Assembly (NCBI GenBank): GCA_016703025.1
Contig: JADJCV010000004.1
Location: 299,164-363,163, forward strand
Length of the DNA: 64,000 bases
Direction of reading: 5' to 3'
Origin: Candidatus Avedoeria danica
GTDB taxonomy: Bacteria; Chloroflexota; Anaerolineae; Epilineales; Epilineaceae
Part shown: piece after piece, positions 48,952 to 59,500 of the stretch
Position numbering within the stretch: the stretch's first letter is position 1
How the letters are laid out: each line of letters opens with the position of its first letter
Notes under the pieces: model-generated
What the model saw: only the letters and a program-made list of their open reading frames with translations
Told to the model about the DNA's origin: nothing
Databases searched by the model: none
Position numbers and translations under genes: made by a program

Positions 48952-51900
48952 CTACCGGCAGACCAGCCCCTCCGACAAGCTCTCGTACAGCGCGATGAGC
49001 TCCGCCGCCCCCGCCGCCGCGTGGTACGCTTCCGCCGCCGCCACCAGCGTCCGCAGGAACGGCGCGTCCACGTCCGCGCCGAGGCCGACGACGTGGAGCT
49101 GTGCGCCGGAAGCGCGGACGCGTTCTGCGGCAGCGACGACCGGGGCCAGCTCGCCGTTCTGGCGGCCGTCCGTCAGGAGCACGACCGCCGTGCGGGCGTC
49201 CGGACGGGCGGCGCCCAGCGCGACGAGCGCGGCGTCGAGGCCGCGGTCCAGGCGCGTGCCGGGGTCGGTTTCGGCGCCGGCGAGGGCCACGCGCAGCGCG
49301 TTCGCGTCGTCCGTGAGCGGGACGATCACGCGGGCGGCATCGTCGAACGCCACAATCGCGGCGCGGTCCGTCGTCGCGGCGTCGCCGGTCAGCCAGAGCT
49401 GGTCCACGAACGCGCGCGCGGCGGCGACGGCGGCGGCCAGCTTGGTGACGGACGCGCCGGCGCCGGCCGGCTCCGTCATGCTTTGAGACGTGTCGATCGC
49501 CAGCACGACGTCCAGCGGTCGGGCGCGGCGCGTGCAGGCCTCGCGGACGGCGAATGGCAGGTAGATCGCCCGCGGCGCGAAGACCGTGACCTCGGGAACG
49601 GGGAAGACGATCCGGCCGGCGGCGCCGACGCCGTCCACCACATCGGCGACGGCATCGACGTTCGTCGGACGCACGCCCACCTGTTGCGGCACGACGCGGA
49701 ACGTGAGGACGGGCCGGCCGCCGGCGATGACGTCGGCGATCCGCCACGTCAACGTCCGCGCCGCGCCGTCGTACGTGGCCGGCGGCACCGCGGACCCCGC
49801 CACGTAGCGCATGTCGTCCGGCAGCCGGTCGACGATCGTCGCCTGGCTGAGCAGGAGCGGCGGCACGATCGGCGGGCTCGCGCCCTCGGCGACGGCGCCG
49901 ATGAGCGCCGCCGCCTCGTCCGGCGACGGCTCGAACGCGAACTGCGTGCTGCGGCTGCGGAGCTCGTCGACGAACGTCCCGTCCGGCGCGTCCTCGCCGT
50001 TGTCGAAGATGAACGCCGTCAGCGTCACGCCCTCCGCGGCCATCCGTGCCAGCGCCGCGGACGACTGATCGTACGGCACGCCGTCCGTGACGAGGAGAAT
50101 CGCCTGCGGGACGCCGGGCCGGCGGGCAGCCGCCAGCACGTCGAGCGTGGCGGCGAGCGCATCGCCCGGGCGGGTGTCGCCCGCTGCCTGCAGCGTCCCG
50201 ACGGCGCGCGCCACGCTCGGCAGGTCGCGCGTGAGCGGCGACAGGACGGCCGGCACTTCGCTGAACGCCACGAGGCTCACCTCGGTCGTGGCAGGGTCGA
50301 GCGCGCCGAGCGTTGCCCAGACGGCCTCTTGGGCGCGGGCGATCGTGTAGCCCCAGCCCATCGAGCGCGAGCGGTCGAATACGATGGCCAGCTGGAGCGG
50401 GCCGCGCGCGGCCGGGCAGTTGCCGGCCATCGTCAGCGTGATGGTAACCTCGCCGCCAAGGGGCACGCGGGCCGGCTGGGCGGTCTTGTCGCGCGAGAGC
50501 GCGCACGCCGTGTTCGGTCGCACCACGGGTGGCACGTCGGCGTCGGGCGCGTACACCCAGATGCCGCCGCCCTGGTGCGTGTCGCCCCGCCCGTTGGGGG
50601 CCAGCCGCTGCCACGTGACGTGCACGCGGCCGCCATCGTCCACCGCCAAGTCGGTCGGCACGGCGCCCTCGCCGGGCAGGGACCACGTGTCCGATACGGT
50701 GCCGTCCGCTGAGAAGCGCGTGACCCAGCCACCGTGGCCGAGGACGTAGACCGAGCCGTCCGGCCCGAGCGCGAGCGCATCGGGCGTGTCGTAGGACTTG
50801 AACCGGCCGAGCAACGCGCCGGCCACCGTCCGCCGCTCGACGAGCCGCGCGCCGCGCAGCGCCAGCGCGACGACGCCGCCCCGCACGTCGATGTCGACCG
50901 CGCTCGCGACGGCGCCGGCGGCCGCCGGGTCCGCCGTCGGATCCGCGGTCGATGCGCCGCCGAGCTGCCAGTGCGCCACGTGCGCGCCGGCCGGGTCGAC
51001 GACGACGACGCCCGCCGCGGCCGCATCGAGCGCCGCGACATGGTTCGCGTCCGCCCCGACGGCCAGGAGCGACGTCCCGACGGACGCACCCCACAGGCCG
51101 CGCGGGCAGTAGCGCCAGCCCGGGAAGGCGTCGTTCGGACGCTGGACGATGCATACGTCGTCGACGAGATAGACGGGCGGACCGGCGGCCGGCGGCGCAG
51201 CGTCCCGCCCGAGCGCGACGTCGCGCGCCCAGTCCGCCTGCCGCCCGCCGGCGCAGTGGCCCAGCTGGTCCGTCAGCGCGCCGGCGGCCGTCCAGCGCTG
51301 GATGGACTGGATCGGCCGCGCGCCCGCCGGCGGCACGGCCATCGACGGGACGTCCGTGAAGCCTTCCGTGCGGTCCGCGAGCGGGGCGAACAGATCCTGC
51401 AGGACGGCGACGTCCGTGCCGGCCGCCACGCGCCGCGGCGCGATCGGGCCGGCGAGGGCCGGCTCGTCGAGCGCGCCGGCGAGGCGCCACGGGGCCTCGG
51501 GCCGCTGGCGCAGCGTGTCGATCCAAAGGACGCCCTGCCACGTGCAGTGGTCCAGCGCGGCGGCGACGGCGTCCGGGCCGAGCACCGCCACGTGCGGCTC
51601 GCCCGTCCAGCCGGGTCCGACGACGCGCGTCAGCGGCGTGTCCTCGCCCTCGATGTGCACCCGCCCGTAGCCCGTGATGACGGCCAGCCCTTCGCCCGCC
51701 CCGACGTCGATGCCGCCGTCGAACGGGATGACCCGTTGCCGGCTCAGATCGGGTGCGAAGACGATGACGCCGCTGACGGGCTCGGTCGGCGCCTGGGCAA
51801 CCCCGTCGGGTGCGTCGTCAGGCGCTGTGTCGACGGCTGTGCCCAGCGTTGTGTCGGGCGCTGCGTCGACAACGTTCGATGGCCGTCCCTCGCCGAACAC

Positions 51901-52623
51901 GCCGCTCGGACCGGGCGGCAGCGGCCGGCCGCCGCCGCCGCCGCCGCCGCTGCGGGGCGGCGGCGGGATCGTGTGGAGCACGTGGACGGTCCCGTCCGGC
52001 GCGATGTCGACGCGCTGCGGCAGGACCATCATCGGATCGCGCAGGCTGCTGACGTAGCCGCCGTCCGGCGTGTAGATGTCGACCGCCGGCTCCAGCTCGT
52101 TCAGCCGATAGGCCTCGGTCGGGCGCGTCAGGAACAGCCGGCCGTCGGGGTGGGCCGCAATGTCGCGGTAGCGCTCGTCGAGCGACATCTGGGCGCGGAC
52201 CGCGCCGTCCACCGCCAGGCGGTCGATGCGCGCCAGCGGGCGGCAGTTGGGGCACGAAGACAGGACGACGAGCGTGCCGTCCGGGGCAAAGTCGATCGCC
52301 AGCAGGCTGCGATCGGCCGCGTCCGGCACGCGCCACACGGTCCGCGGCGTGCCGCCGGCAACGACGTGGACGGCGGCGTTCACCGCGTCCAGCACGTAGA
52401 GGGTGCTGTCCGGCGCGGCGGCGATGTCCGTGGCGTTGCCGTAGCGTCCCGCCGTGAGGTGCCACGGCTCAGCCGTGCGGGTGGCGATCAGCCGGTGGTG
52501 ACCGCTCGGGACGACGGTCTGGCCGCTGGCCGGCTCGTTGGGCGCGAGGAGCGCGGCGAAGAGCGTCGCGACGCACAGCCTCGTCACGAACCGCGGCTTC
52601 GCGCTCCTCGCGCCGGCGCTCAC
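48952..52623 (-). CDS. ~1220-aa secreted protein with NHL-like beta-propeller regions, DUF11-like domain and two VWA domains
   Basis: GTG start overlapping the upstream gene's stop (GTGA). Signal MSAGARSAKPRFVTRLCVATLFAALLAPNEPASG. VWA1 LQLAIVFDRSRSMG…LLVTDGVPYD. VWA2 preceded by AIYLPFAVREACT: LDVVLAIDTSQSMTEP…VVLLTDGRQNG. Confidence 0.7.
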   Translation of the reverse strand: MSAGARSAKPRFVTRLCVATLFAALLAPNEPASGQTVVPSGHHRLIATRTAEPWHLTAGRYGNATDIAAAPDSTLYVLDAVNAAVHVVAGGTPRTVWRVPDAADRSLLAIDFAPDGTLVVLSSCPNCRPLARIDRLAVDGAVRAQMSLDERYRDIAAHPDGRLFLTRPTEAYRLNELEPAVDIYTPDGGYVSSLRDPMMVLPQRVDIAPDGTVHVLHTIPPPPRSGGGGGGGRPLPPGPSGVFGEGRPSNVVDAAPDTTLGTAVDTAPDDAPDGVAQAPTEPVSGVIVFAPDLSRQRVIPFDGGIDVGAGEGLAVITGYGRVHIEGEDTPLTRVVGPGWTGEPHVAVLGPDAVAAALDHCTWQGVLWIDTLRQRPEAPWRLAGALDEPALAGPIAPRRVAAGTDVAVLQDLFAPLADRTEGFTDVPSMAVPPAGARPIQSIQRWTAAGALTDQLGHCAGGRQADWARDVALGRDAAPPAAGPPVYLVDDVCIVQRPNDAFPGWRYCPRGLWGASVGTSLLAVGADANHVAALDAAAAGVVVVDPAGAHVAHWQLGGASTADPTADPAAAGAVASAVDIDVRGGVVALALRGARLVERRTVAGALLGRFKSYDTPDALALGPDGSVYVLGHGGWVTRFSADGTVSDTWSLPGEGAVPTDLAVDDGGRVHVTWQRLAPNGRGDTHQGGGIWVYAPDADVPPVVRPNTACALSRDKTAQPARVPLGGEVTITLTMAGNCPAARGPLQLAIVFDRSRSMGWGYTIARAQEAVWATLGALDPATTEVSLVAFSEVPAVLSPLTRDLPSVARAVGTLQAAGDTRPGDALAATLDVLAAARRPGVPQAILLVTDGVPYDQSSAALARMAAEGVTLTAFIFDNGEDAPDGTFVDELRSRSTQFAFEPSPDEAAALIGAVAEGASPPIVPPLLLSQATIVDRLPDDMRYVAGSAVPPATYDGAARTLTWRIADVIAGGRPVLTFRVVPQQVGVRPTNVDAVADVVDGVGAAGRIVFPVPEVTVFAPRAIYLPFAVREACTRRARPLDVVLAIDTSQSMTEPAGAGASVTKLAAAVAAARAFVDQLWLTGDAATTDRAAIVAFDDAARVIVPLTDDANALRVALAGAETDPGTRLDRGLDAALVALGAARPDARTAVVLLTDGRQNGELAPVVAAAERVRASGAQLHVVGLGADVDAPFLRTLVAAAEAYHAAAGAAELIALYESLSEGLVCR

Positions 52624-53579
52624 TCCGAGGCGTCCCGCGGCTCGCTCGGCGCGACGCCGCCGCGGCCGCCGAACGTGGCCAGCCAACCCTCCATCGTCAG
52701 GCGGGCCTGGCGGCGGGGGAACTCGATCTGATCGGCCGAGATCTCGAGCAGCTCGAGGTCGCTCTGCGGGATCTCGTCGAGCATGGACAGCCACGTCGCG
52801 ACGTCGTCGACCTCGTCGAGCGTGTGCTGGCGCCAGATCGCCCAGCGCTCATCGGCCACCTCGTCGGGCGAGGCGACGCGGTCGACGAAGATGTGCGTTC
52901 GGCGGGCACCGTTCGGGCGGATGCCGTCCGCTCGCAAGCTGTCCGGTCGCAGGCTGTCCGGTCGCAGGCTGTCCGGTCGCAAGTTCTCGGGGCGACTGCC
53001 GTCGGGGCGATTGCCGTCCTTGCGCACGCCGTTCGCGCGACCGCTGCGCTTGCTGGGCACGACGGTGATGATCCGGTCGCAGTGGTTGCAGTAGCCGCAG
53101 TCGACGGCCTCGTCGACGTCCTCGAGGGCGGGGTGGCGCGTCGCGACGGGTGCGGCGCACCAGCCGCAGTGGACGACCGTCACGTGGCAGCAGCCGCAGC
53201 TGGCCACGCCCGTCAGGAGAACCTCGAGGTCGGCGCAGCGGTCGTAATCGGATGGTCCGGCAACGAGCCGGCCGCCGGGCTCGAGCGTGACATAGATATA
53301 GCCTTCGCCAGGCGTGTTCGAGACGGCAGGCACACCGTCCTCGGCGCCGGTCGCGTCGGCATCCACGTCGTCCGCCTCGTCCACATAGCACGTGGCGCAG
53401 CGCCCGAGCCGAAGGCCGTGGCCCCGGCACTCGACGTCCGCCAGGTCGTCCGCCGTCCACTCGACGTTGATCACGCGGCCGCACCGGACGCAGCGAACAC
53501 CGGCCTGGTGCCGACCGGAGAGCGTCTCGTGGTAGACGATCTCGCCGCCGCGCAGCCGTTTGGCGGCGCTCACCACGCG
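52620..53579 (-). CDS. Cys-rich zinc-ribbon-type protein with tandem RPDSL pentapeptide repeats
   Basis: GTG start. Cys clusters CVRCGRV…ECRGHGLRLGRCATCY and CGCCHVTVVHCGWC…CGYCNHCDRI. Repeats RPDGSRPENLRPDSLRPDSLRPDSLRADGIRPNG. The track ORF start at 54713 is read-through across SufE. Confidence 0.5.
   Translation of the reverse strand, partial: RVVSAAKRLRGGEIVYHETLSGRHQAGVRCVRCGRVINVEWTADDLADVECRGHGLRLGRCATCYVDEADDVDADATGAEDGVPAVSNTPGEGYIYVTLEPGGRLVAGPSDYDRCADLEVLLTGVASCGCCHVTVVHCGWCAAPVATRHPALEDVDEAVDCGYCNHCDRIITVVPSKRSGRANGVRKDGNRPDGSRPENLRPDSLRPDSLRPDSLRADGIRPNGARRTHIFVDRVASPDEVADERWAIWRQHTLDEVDDVATWLSMLDEIPQSDLELLEISADQIEFPRRQARLTMEGWLATFGGRGGVAPSEPRDASE
52926..53030. repeat. 15-bp tandem repeat (CTGTCCGGTCGCAGG, ~7 units decaying) encoding the RPDSL repeats
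   Basis: Read directly: gctgtccggtcgcaggctgtccggtcgcaggctgtccggtcgcaag…. Confidence 0.6.
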
Positions 53580-54073
53580 ACGTTCCCGGCGGGCGCGGGC
53601 GCGTGCCGGGCCAAGTGCCGCACCCGCGCCGCGATGCCCATCAAGCCCATCGCCTTGCCCATCGACAGCTCGCGCCCGAAGATCTCGTAGACGATGTCGT
53701 CGGAAAGCGCTGTCGCTTCCTCGATCGGGCGGCCGTTCAGCGCGTCGCCGAGCAGGACGGCCAATGCGCGGGCGGAGACGCCTTGCGGGTTCTCGACGGC
53801 GAAGTGGTAGTCCAACGTCCCGTCCGGCCGCGGCGCGGCCCAGACGTACGCATCGGACTCGCAGTCCTTCACCCGGTTTGCCCGATCGAACGGCCGCGTC
53901 GCGACGCTCGGCGGCACGTCGCGGAACCGGCGGGCGATGTCGATGAGCATCTGCACGCGCGCCGAGCGGTCCTCGGACATGTCGAGCGCGTCGATCGCCT
54001 CGGCGAGCCGCGGCGGCACCGTGCCACCCAGCTTGTCGGCATGCGCGTCTCCACGCGGCGCGATCTCGCTCAA
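53570..54073 (-). CDS. sufE: SufE-family sulfur-acceptor protein
   Basis: AAGGAGG then TTG. LGGTVPPRLAEAIDALDMSEDRSARVQMLIDIARRF and the conserved KDCESDAYVW (Cys-containing SufE motif). The 3' end overlaps the next gene by 10 nt. Confidence 0.75.
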   Translation of the reverse strand: MSEIAPRGDAHADKLGGTVPPRLAEAIDALDMSEDRSARVQMLIDIARRFRDVPPSVATRPFDRANRVKDCESDAYVWAAPRPDGTLDYHFAVENPQGVSARALAVLLGDALNGRPIEEATALSDDIVYEIFGRELSMGKAMGLMGIAARVRHLARHAPAPAGNVAW

Positions 54074-54149
54074 CCCGTCCTCCTTCGGTGCAGGCCGTTC
54101 CGGCGTGCGAACACCGGTGACGGGGCCGAAGGATAGCACGCAACCCGAA

Positions 54150-54370
54150 CCCGCCAAGTAGGGGCGGGGCCCCGTGCCTGCCCTCCCTCCACCCACCCCC
54201 CATTCCCCCAACGGCCCCCACGCCCACCCACCCGTCTCCCCCACGCCCACCTTGCCGTTCCCCCACCCAATGGCAGCATGCCCCGGTGCACCACCCCCCG
54301 GTCCCCCCGCTCATCGGCCACCCCCCCCCCGACGCCCCCGCCCCCGCCCCCGCCCCCCCCGTCACCATCA
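54150..54370. promoter_or_regulatory. Extremely C-rich (plus strand) divergent intergenic/5' region with C10 and C9 homopolymers between sufE and the DAO-family gene
   Basis: Read directly. Contains cccccccccc near 54321 and ccccccccc near 54353. Confidence 0.3.
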
Positions 54371-55329
54371 TCGGCGCGGGCGTGATCGGCCTGACCACCG
54401 CCATCCGCTTGGCCGAGTCCGGCCGCCGCGTCGAGGTCGTCGCCCGCGCCTTCTCGCCGCACACGACGTCCGACGTCGCGGCGGCCGTGTGGTACCCATT
54501 CCGGGCCGGACCGGCGGACGCGGTAGCCCGCTGGGCGCTCCGCTCGTACGCCGTCCTCGGCGCGCTCGCCGCCGACCCCGCGACCGGCATCGCGGTCGTC
54601 GAGGGCCGCGAGTACGCGCACGATATCGTCCCGTACGAGCCGTGGCACGACCACGTCGACGGCTTCCGGCAGCTCCCGCCCGGCGAAGTGCCCCCACCGT
54701 TTCGGCACGGCATCGCCTTCCGCGCGCCCGTCGTCCAGATGCCGCGCTACCTCGCCTGGCTTCACGAGCGCGCCACCGCGCTGGGTGTCGCCTTCCGCAC
54801 GCACGCGTTCGATGCGGGCGAGCTTTCAGCCCTGGTCGCCGCCGGAGCGGTGGTCGTCAACTGCACCGGCCTCGGCGCCCGCGAGCTCGTCGGCGACGGG
54901 ACGCTCTACGCGATTCGCGGCCAGATCGTCCGCGTCGCGCCGGGCCACGCGCCGCACTTCGTGCAGGCCACGCGGCTGCCGCAGCCCGTGACGTATGTCA
55001 TCCCGCGCGCCGACTGCACCGTGCTCGGCGGCTCGACGGACGCCGGCCGCGAGGACCTCGCGATCGATCCAGCCGAGGCGGCGGCGATCCGCGCCCGGTG
55101 CGTCGCGCTCATGCCCGCGCTGGCCGACGCCGCCATCCTCGGCCACGCCGTCGGCCTCCGGCCGGGCCGCGACGCGGTGCGGCTGGAGCGCGAGGACGTC
55201 GGCGCGGGGGTGATCGTCCACTGTTACGGGCACGGCGGCGCAGGCGTGACGTTGTCGTGGGGGTGCGCGGAGGACGTTGTGGCGCTCGTGAACGGTGCCC
55301 AGCGGGGCCTCCAATCCCTCAACCCGTGA
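54286..55329 (+). CDS. D-amino-acid oxidase (DAO) family FAD-dependent oxidoreductase
   Basis: VTIIGAGVIGLTTAIRL (Rossmann GxGxxG) and C-terminal HCYGHGGAGVTLSWG. Stop TGA lies inside the REP-like element. The Pro-rich first ~25 aa may be a start overcall. Confidence 0.8.
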   Translation: MHHPPVPPLIGHPPPDAPAPAPAPPVTIIGAGVIGLTTAIRLAESGRRVEVVARAFSPHTTSDVAAAVWYPFRAGPADAVARWALRSYAVLGALAADPATGIAVVEGREYAHDIVPYEPWHDHVDGFRQLPPGEVPPPFRHGIAFRAPVVQMPRYLAWLHERATALGVAFRTHAFDAGELSALVAAGAVVVNCTGLGARELVGDGTLYAIRGQIVRVAPGHAPHFVQATRLPQPVTYVIPRADCTVLGGSTDAGREDLAIDPAEAAAIRARCVALMPALADAAILGHAVGLRPGRDAVRLEREDVGAGVIVHCYGHGGAGVTLSWGCAEDVVALVNGAQRGLQSLNP

Positions 55330-55377
55330 TCCTCCCCCTCCCCCAAACTTGGGGGAGGGGGTCGGGGGGTGAGGGCC
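55320..55377. repeat. 58-nt REP-like GC-hairpin element, copy 2
   Basis: Same 58-nt element as copy 1 at 4618..4675 (one loop mismatch). Sits between convergent genes. Confidence 0.6.
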
Positions 55378-55401
55378 GCAGGCCGCCGACAGCTCAAAGC
55401 G

Positions 55402-56373
55402 CTAAGGCATCGGCCCCTTCTCGCACACGATCAGCGAGATCTCGTCGATGTAGTGCCAAGTGGGCACGTTCTCGCTCATTCGGCTCTTGATCTGCAGCTG
55501 GAAACGCTCCCAGCCCGGGCGGACGACGACGTGGCGCGTGACGTCATAGCCGAAGCGCTTCCACGTCGCCACCGGGGCGAGCGGCACGCTCTCCTCGCTC
55601 GCGACGGCGTCCTTCACCGCCTCCTCCACGCCGTCCTGGCTGAGGAAGATCGGCTGCAGCGTATCGTCGTCGCGGCGGTTGGGCACCTCCTCGGTCAGCA
55701 TCGTGAAGTCGAAGCTGAGCGAGGCCGAGATCAAGCGGGACGATTGGATCGTCGTCCAGAGGCGCAACGGTCGCCCGGGATGGGTGATCGTCTCGACGAC
55801 GCCCTGGCTGCCGCCGCCGAGGGCGGCGAAGTACTCGCCCCACGTGGGCCGCGGGATCGTGTTCGGTTCCGCCTTGCGGATGATCTGCGACAGCGTTCGC
55901 GCCCGGAAGCCGGACTGGAGGTCCCACTCGTTCGGGCCCTTCTCGAAGTCGCCGTTCGTCGTCAGCTCGCGGCAGACGCGGCCGTCCGAGGTCGGCACGG
56001 GCGTCAGCGTGGCGGTCGGCGGCGGGGTCTGTGTCGGCTCGTCCGTCGAGAAGATGCCCGGCGTCGGGGTGAGGGTCACGTCGAGCGTCGGCGTTGCGGT
56101 CGGCGGCGGCTCGGTGGGGGACGCGGTCGGGGCCGCTGCCGTCCGTGTCGCGGTCGGTGCCGCAGTGGCCGGGTGCGCCGTCGCGGCGGCCGGGATGTCG
56201 TTGCGGCTGGCGCCGCGCAGGACGAGCGGCAGATAGTTGAACACCCTCGACCCGTTCTGGGCGAACGTCGGCCGCTCGATCGAGCCGAGCGTCCCCATCG
56301 CCCCCAAAGCGACACCCGCGGCCCCGATCACGGCGGCCCGGCGGCAGATCTCCCACAAGCGACTCATCGCCAT
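55402..56373 (-). CDS. Secreted hypothetical protein (signal peptide, NYLPLVLRG motif, PT linker, ~220-aa C-terminal domain)
   Basis: MAMSRLWEICRRAAVIGAAGVALGAMGTLGSIERPTFAQ. Good GC3 bias. No family recognised. Confidence 0.6.
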   Translation of the reverse strand: MAMSRLWEICRRAAVIGAAGVALGAMGTLGSIERPTFAQNGSRVFNYLPLVLRGASRNDIPAAATAHPATAAPTATRTAAAPTASPTEPPPTATPTLDVTLTPTPGIFSTDEPTQTPPPTATLTPVPTSDGRVCRELTTNGDFEKGPNEWDLQSGFRARTLSQIIRKAEPNTIPRPTWGEYFAALGGGSQGVVETITHPGRPLRLWTTIQSSRLISASLSFDFTMLTEEVPNRRDDDTLQPIFLSQDGVEEAVKDAVASEESVPLAPVATWKRFGYDVTRHVVVRPGWERFQLQIKSRMSENVPTWHYIDEISLIVCEKGPMP

Positions 56374-56518
56374 CCCCCATGTTCGAACTCGACGGCGCCC
56401 AACCGGGCGCCGCTGGACGTCAGACACCGTTTCGACCCGCCCGGGTCGCAGCGCGCGCCACCGCTATACTGCCGCGCCGCTCGCCCGAGGGCAACATCGG
56501 CCGCGCGCCGTGCGGCCG

Positions 56519-59500
56519 TCAGCGACAGGCGACGACGGCCGCCAACCCACGGTAGATCTCCTCGAGCACCCGTTCGTCCGCCGCCGCGCGGTACCCGTCC
56601 GGGCTGGCGACGTCCACGAGCAGCGCGGCGTCGACGTCCGCGCCGAGGCCGATCGCGAAGACGAGCGTGCCGGAGGCCTTCAGGGCCGCCGCCACCTCGC
56701 GCACCGGCTCGACGGGGCCGTTCTGCGTGCCGTCGGACAGGAGGACGACGACACCGCGGCTGCCGGGCCGGCGGTTCGGGCTGCCGGCGAGCTCGCCGGC
56801 AGCGGCCCGCAGCGCGCGGTCGATCCGGGTGCCGGGGCTCGAGGCGAGGCCGTCGATGGCGGCGATCAGCACGGCGTCGTCGCCCGTCAGGCCGGCGGCC
56901 AGCGTCGGCTGCTCGCTGAAGCCGATGACGGCCGCCTGGTCGCCGCTCTCGCCGAGCAGGCCGACGAACGTCCGCGCCGCGGCCTTGGCCGCCTCCAGCT
57001 TGGCGCCGACCATGCTGCCCGACGTGTCGATCACGACGACGACGTCGTTGCGCCGCGCGCCGGGCAGGCAGGCGAGACGGTAGGCGGCCGGCAGGTAGAC
57101 CGGGCGCGGCAGCGATGTCGGGGTGGCGGTCGGCGTGGGCGTCGGGGCGACGACCTCGATCTCGGGGACCGGAAACGTGAACGTCCGCCGCGCGCCGTCG
57201 CCGTCGGCGTACTCCGCCACGGCGCGAAGGTTCGTCCGCAGGCGGCCGGTCCGGAGCGGTCGGATCTGGTAGGTCAGCGTGATCCCGCTCTCCGGCAACA
57301 GCGTCCGGCCCCACTGCAGCGCCCGCGTCCCGTCCTCGAACGCCGCGGGCCGTGCCGAGCCGGCCACGAGCTCGACCTCACCGCCCATCGCGTCGTCGAT
57401 GACGAGGTTGCCCGCCAGGCTCGTCGTCACGGAGCGCAGGATCTCACCGTACACCGGGAAGAGGTCCTCGGGCGTCGGCGCGTCGAAGAACCGCTCCTGC
57501 CGCCCGGCGATCGCGACGAGCGCCGGGCGGTTCACGTCCGCGCCGAGGCCGATCGTGTAGAGCTGGACGCCGGAGCGGCGGGCGGCGTCGGCGGCCAGGA
57601 CGGGATCGCCCGGCCCGTTCTGCCGGCCGTCCGTCAAGAGCACGACGACCGGCAGCGCGTCCGGCCGCCCGGCGGCCGCGAAGTGGGCCACCGCGGTGTC
57701 GATCGCCGCCGCCAGGTTCGTCGAGCCCGTCGGCGCGAGGCCGTCGAGGGCGTCGATCGTCGCCACGAGGTCGGCCGAGAGCGGCGCGACGACGGCTGCC
57801 GTCGTCTCGAACGCGACGAGGCCGACGCGGTGGTGGCGGACGTCGAGCAGCTCGGTGAACGTCCGCGCCGCCGCTTGCGCCGCGGCCAGCTTGGCGCCGG
57901 CCATCGAGCCGGAGCGGTCGATCGCCAAGAGGACGTCGGCGCCGGACTGGCGCGTCGTGGCGGGGCAGCGGGCGGCCAGCGTGAGCGTGACGTTCGCCGT
58001 CTGGCCGAGGACGATCCGCGGCGGGCCGGCCACCTTGTCGCCCGTGACGGTGCACGCGCCGGGCGAGAACGTCGGGGTGGCCGTCGGCGTCGGCGACGTC
58101 GGCGATGGGCCGGGCGTGCGGGCTGTCGGCGTCGCGGGGCCGAACGGCATGAACAGGTGGAGGGATGCGCGCCGACGATCGGAGAGCCAGACGGCACCGA
58201 AGCGGTCGAGGGCGATATCGTCGGCGCTGATCGCCGTGCCGTCCAGCAGCCGGGGCGTGAAGCGGGCGACGAGCGACTCGTCGCGATCCGTCAGCGCGTG
58301 GACCTCGACGGCGCCGTCCGCGAGCAGCCCGGCGACCCAGGTAGACGACCCGGTGCCCGCTTGGGCCGCCGCGTCGTCGGGTACGGTGGCGGCCGCCAGG
58401 CGACGCGGGCCGGCCAGCAGGCCCATCGGCCACGCGCCGCGGAGCGGGCCGGGCGCGATCGGGTTCCAGCCCTGGATGTGCGCGTCGACGAGGTCGGCGG
58501 TCAGGACGATGCCGGTCGGGAACGTCGGGTCAGGCGCGACGGCGGCGATGTCCGTGGGCCAAAGGCCCTGGCCGCTCGGCCAGCGGATCCGGCCGGTCTC
58601 GCCGCCCGTGACGGCGTCCAGCAAGACGGCCTCGTGGCCGCGTGGCTGCGTCACGGCCACGTGCGTGCCGGCGGTGATCCGCCCGCCGAGCGCGAGCGGC
58701 ACGGGCACGCGCCAGGCAGGCGGCGGGTCGCTCCAGCCGGCCTGGCCGAGCAGCGAGCCGCGCCGCTCGACCGCCCCGTCGGCCGTCGTCAGGTAGAGCT
58801 CGCCGTCCGGGCCGAGGGCGATATCGAGCGTGTTGCTCGGGACGATCCGGCTGCCGATCTGCACGCCGGCGGCGTCGAACGCGACGACGCGCTCGCCGCG
58901 CAGATCGAGGGCGGCCACATGCGGCCCGTCCCGCGGGCTGCCGGACGGCGCGGCGAGCGCGATGCCGCCGCCCCACGCCTCGCCCCCCAGCCGCGGCGCC
59001 CATGCCGGCTTGGCCGTCGTCCCGACGATCGCGGCGCGCGCTCCGCCCCCGGCCAGTCGGCCCTGCACGCGCAGCCGGCTGCCGGCGGAAAGCCCCGTCG
59101 TCGTCACCGCCCACCCGCCTGCCGGGCCGTCGTCGGCCATCGCCAGGGCGAACGGCCAGTCGCCCTCCGGCGGCGGCGTGCCGAGCGCGCGGGCCGTCCA
59201 TACGACGACCGGGCGGCCGGCGGCGTCGAACGTCACGAGCAGCGCCGGGTCGGTCGTCGCCGCGGACTCGGGCCGGACGAGGGCGTACACGGCGTCGGCC
59301 GCGTCGACGGCGACGGCGAGCGGGACATAGCCGCTGGCGCCGAGATCGAAGGACCGCACGACGTCGCCCCGCAAGTCGAACCGTACGACGAGGCCGATCC
59401 AGGGCGATGCCGCCACCATGTCGCCACCGGGCGCGACGGCGAACCTGACGAGCTCGCCGTCGCGCCCGATCTTGGCCAGGCGCTGGGTCGCGCCCGAAGC

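Noticed and set aside
48655-51541. 685-aa (+) and 902-aa (-) ORFs inside the 48952..52623 gene
   Set aside because: Shadow frames, Arg/Gly/Asp-rich. The genuine frame has a signal peptide, NHL blades and VWA MIDAS motifs.
52620-54713. 697-aa track ORF as a single gene
   Set aside because: The N-terminal ~380 aa are Arg/Gly-rich read-through across the sufE region. It was split into the zinc-ribbon protein (52620..53579) and the sufE frame.
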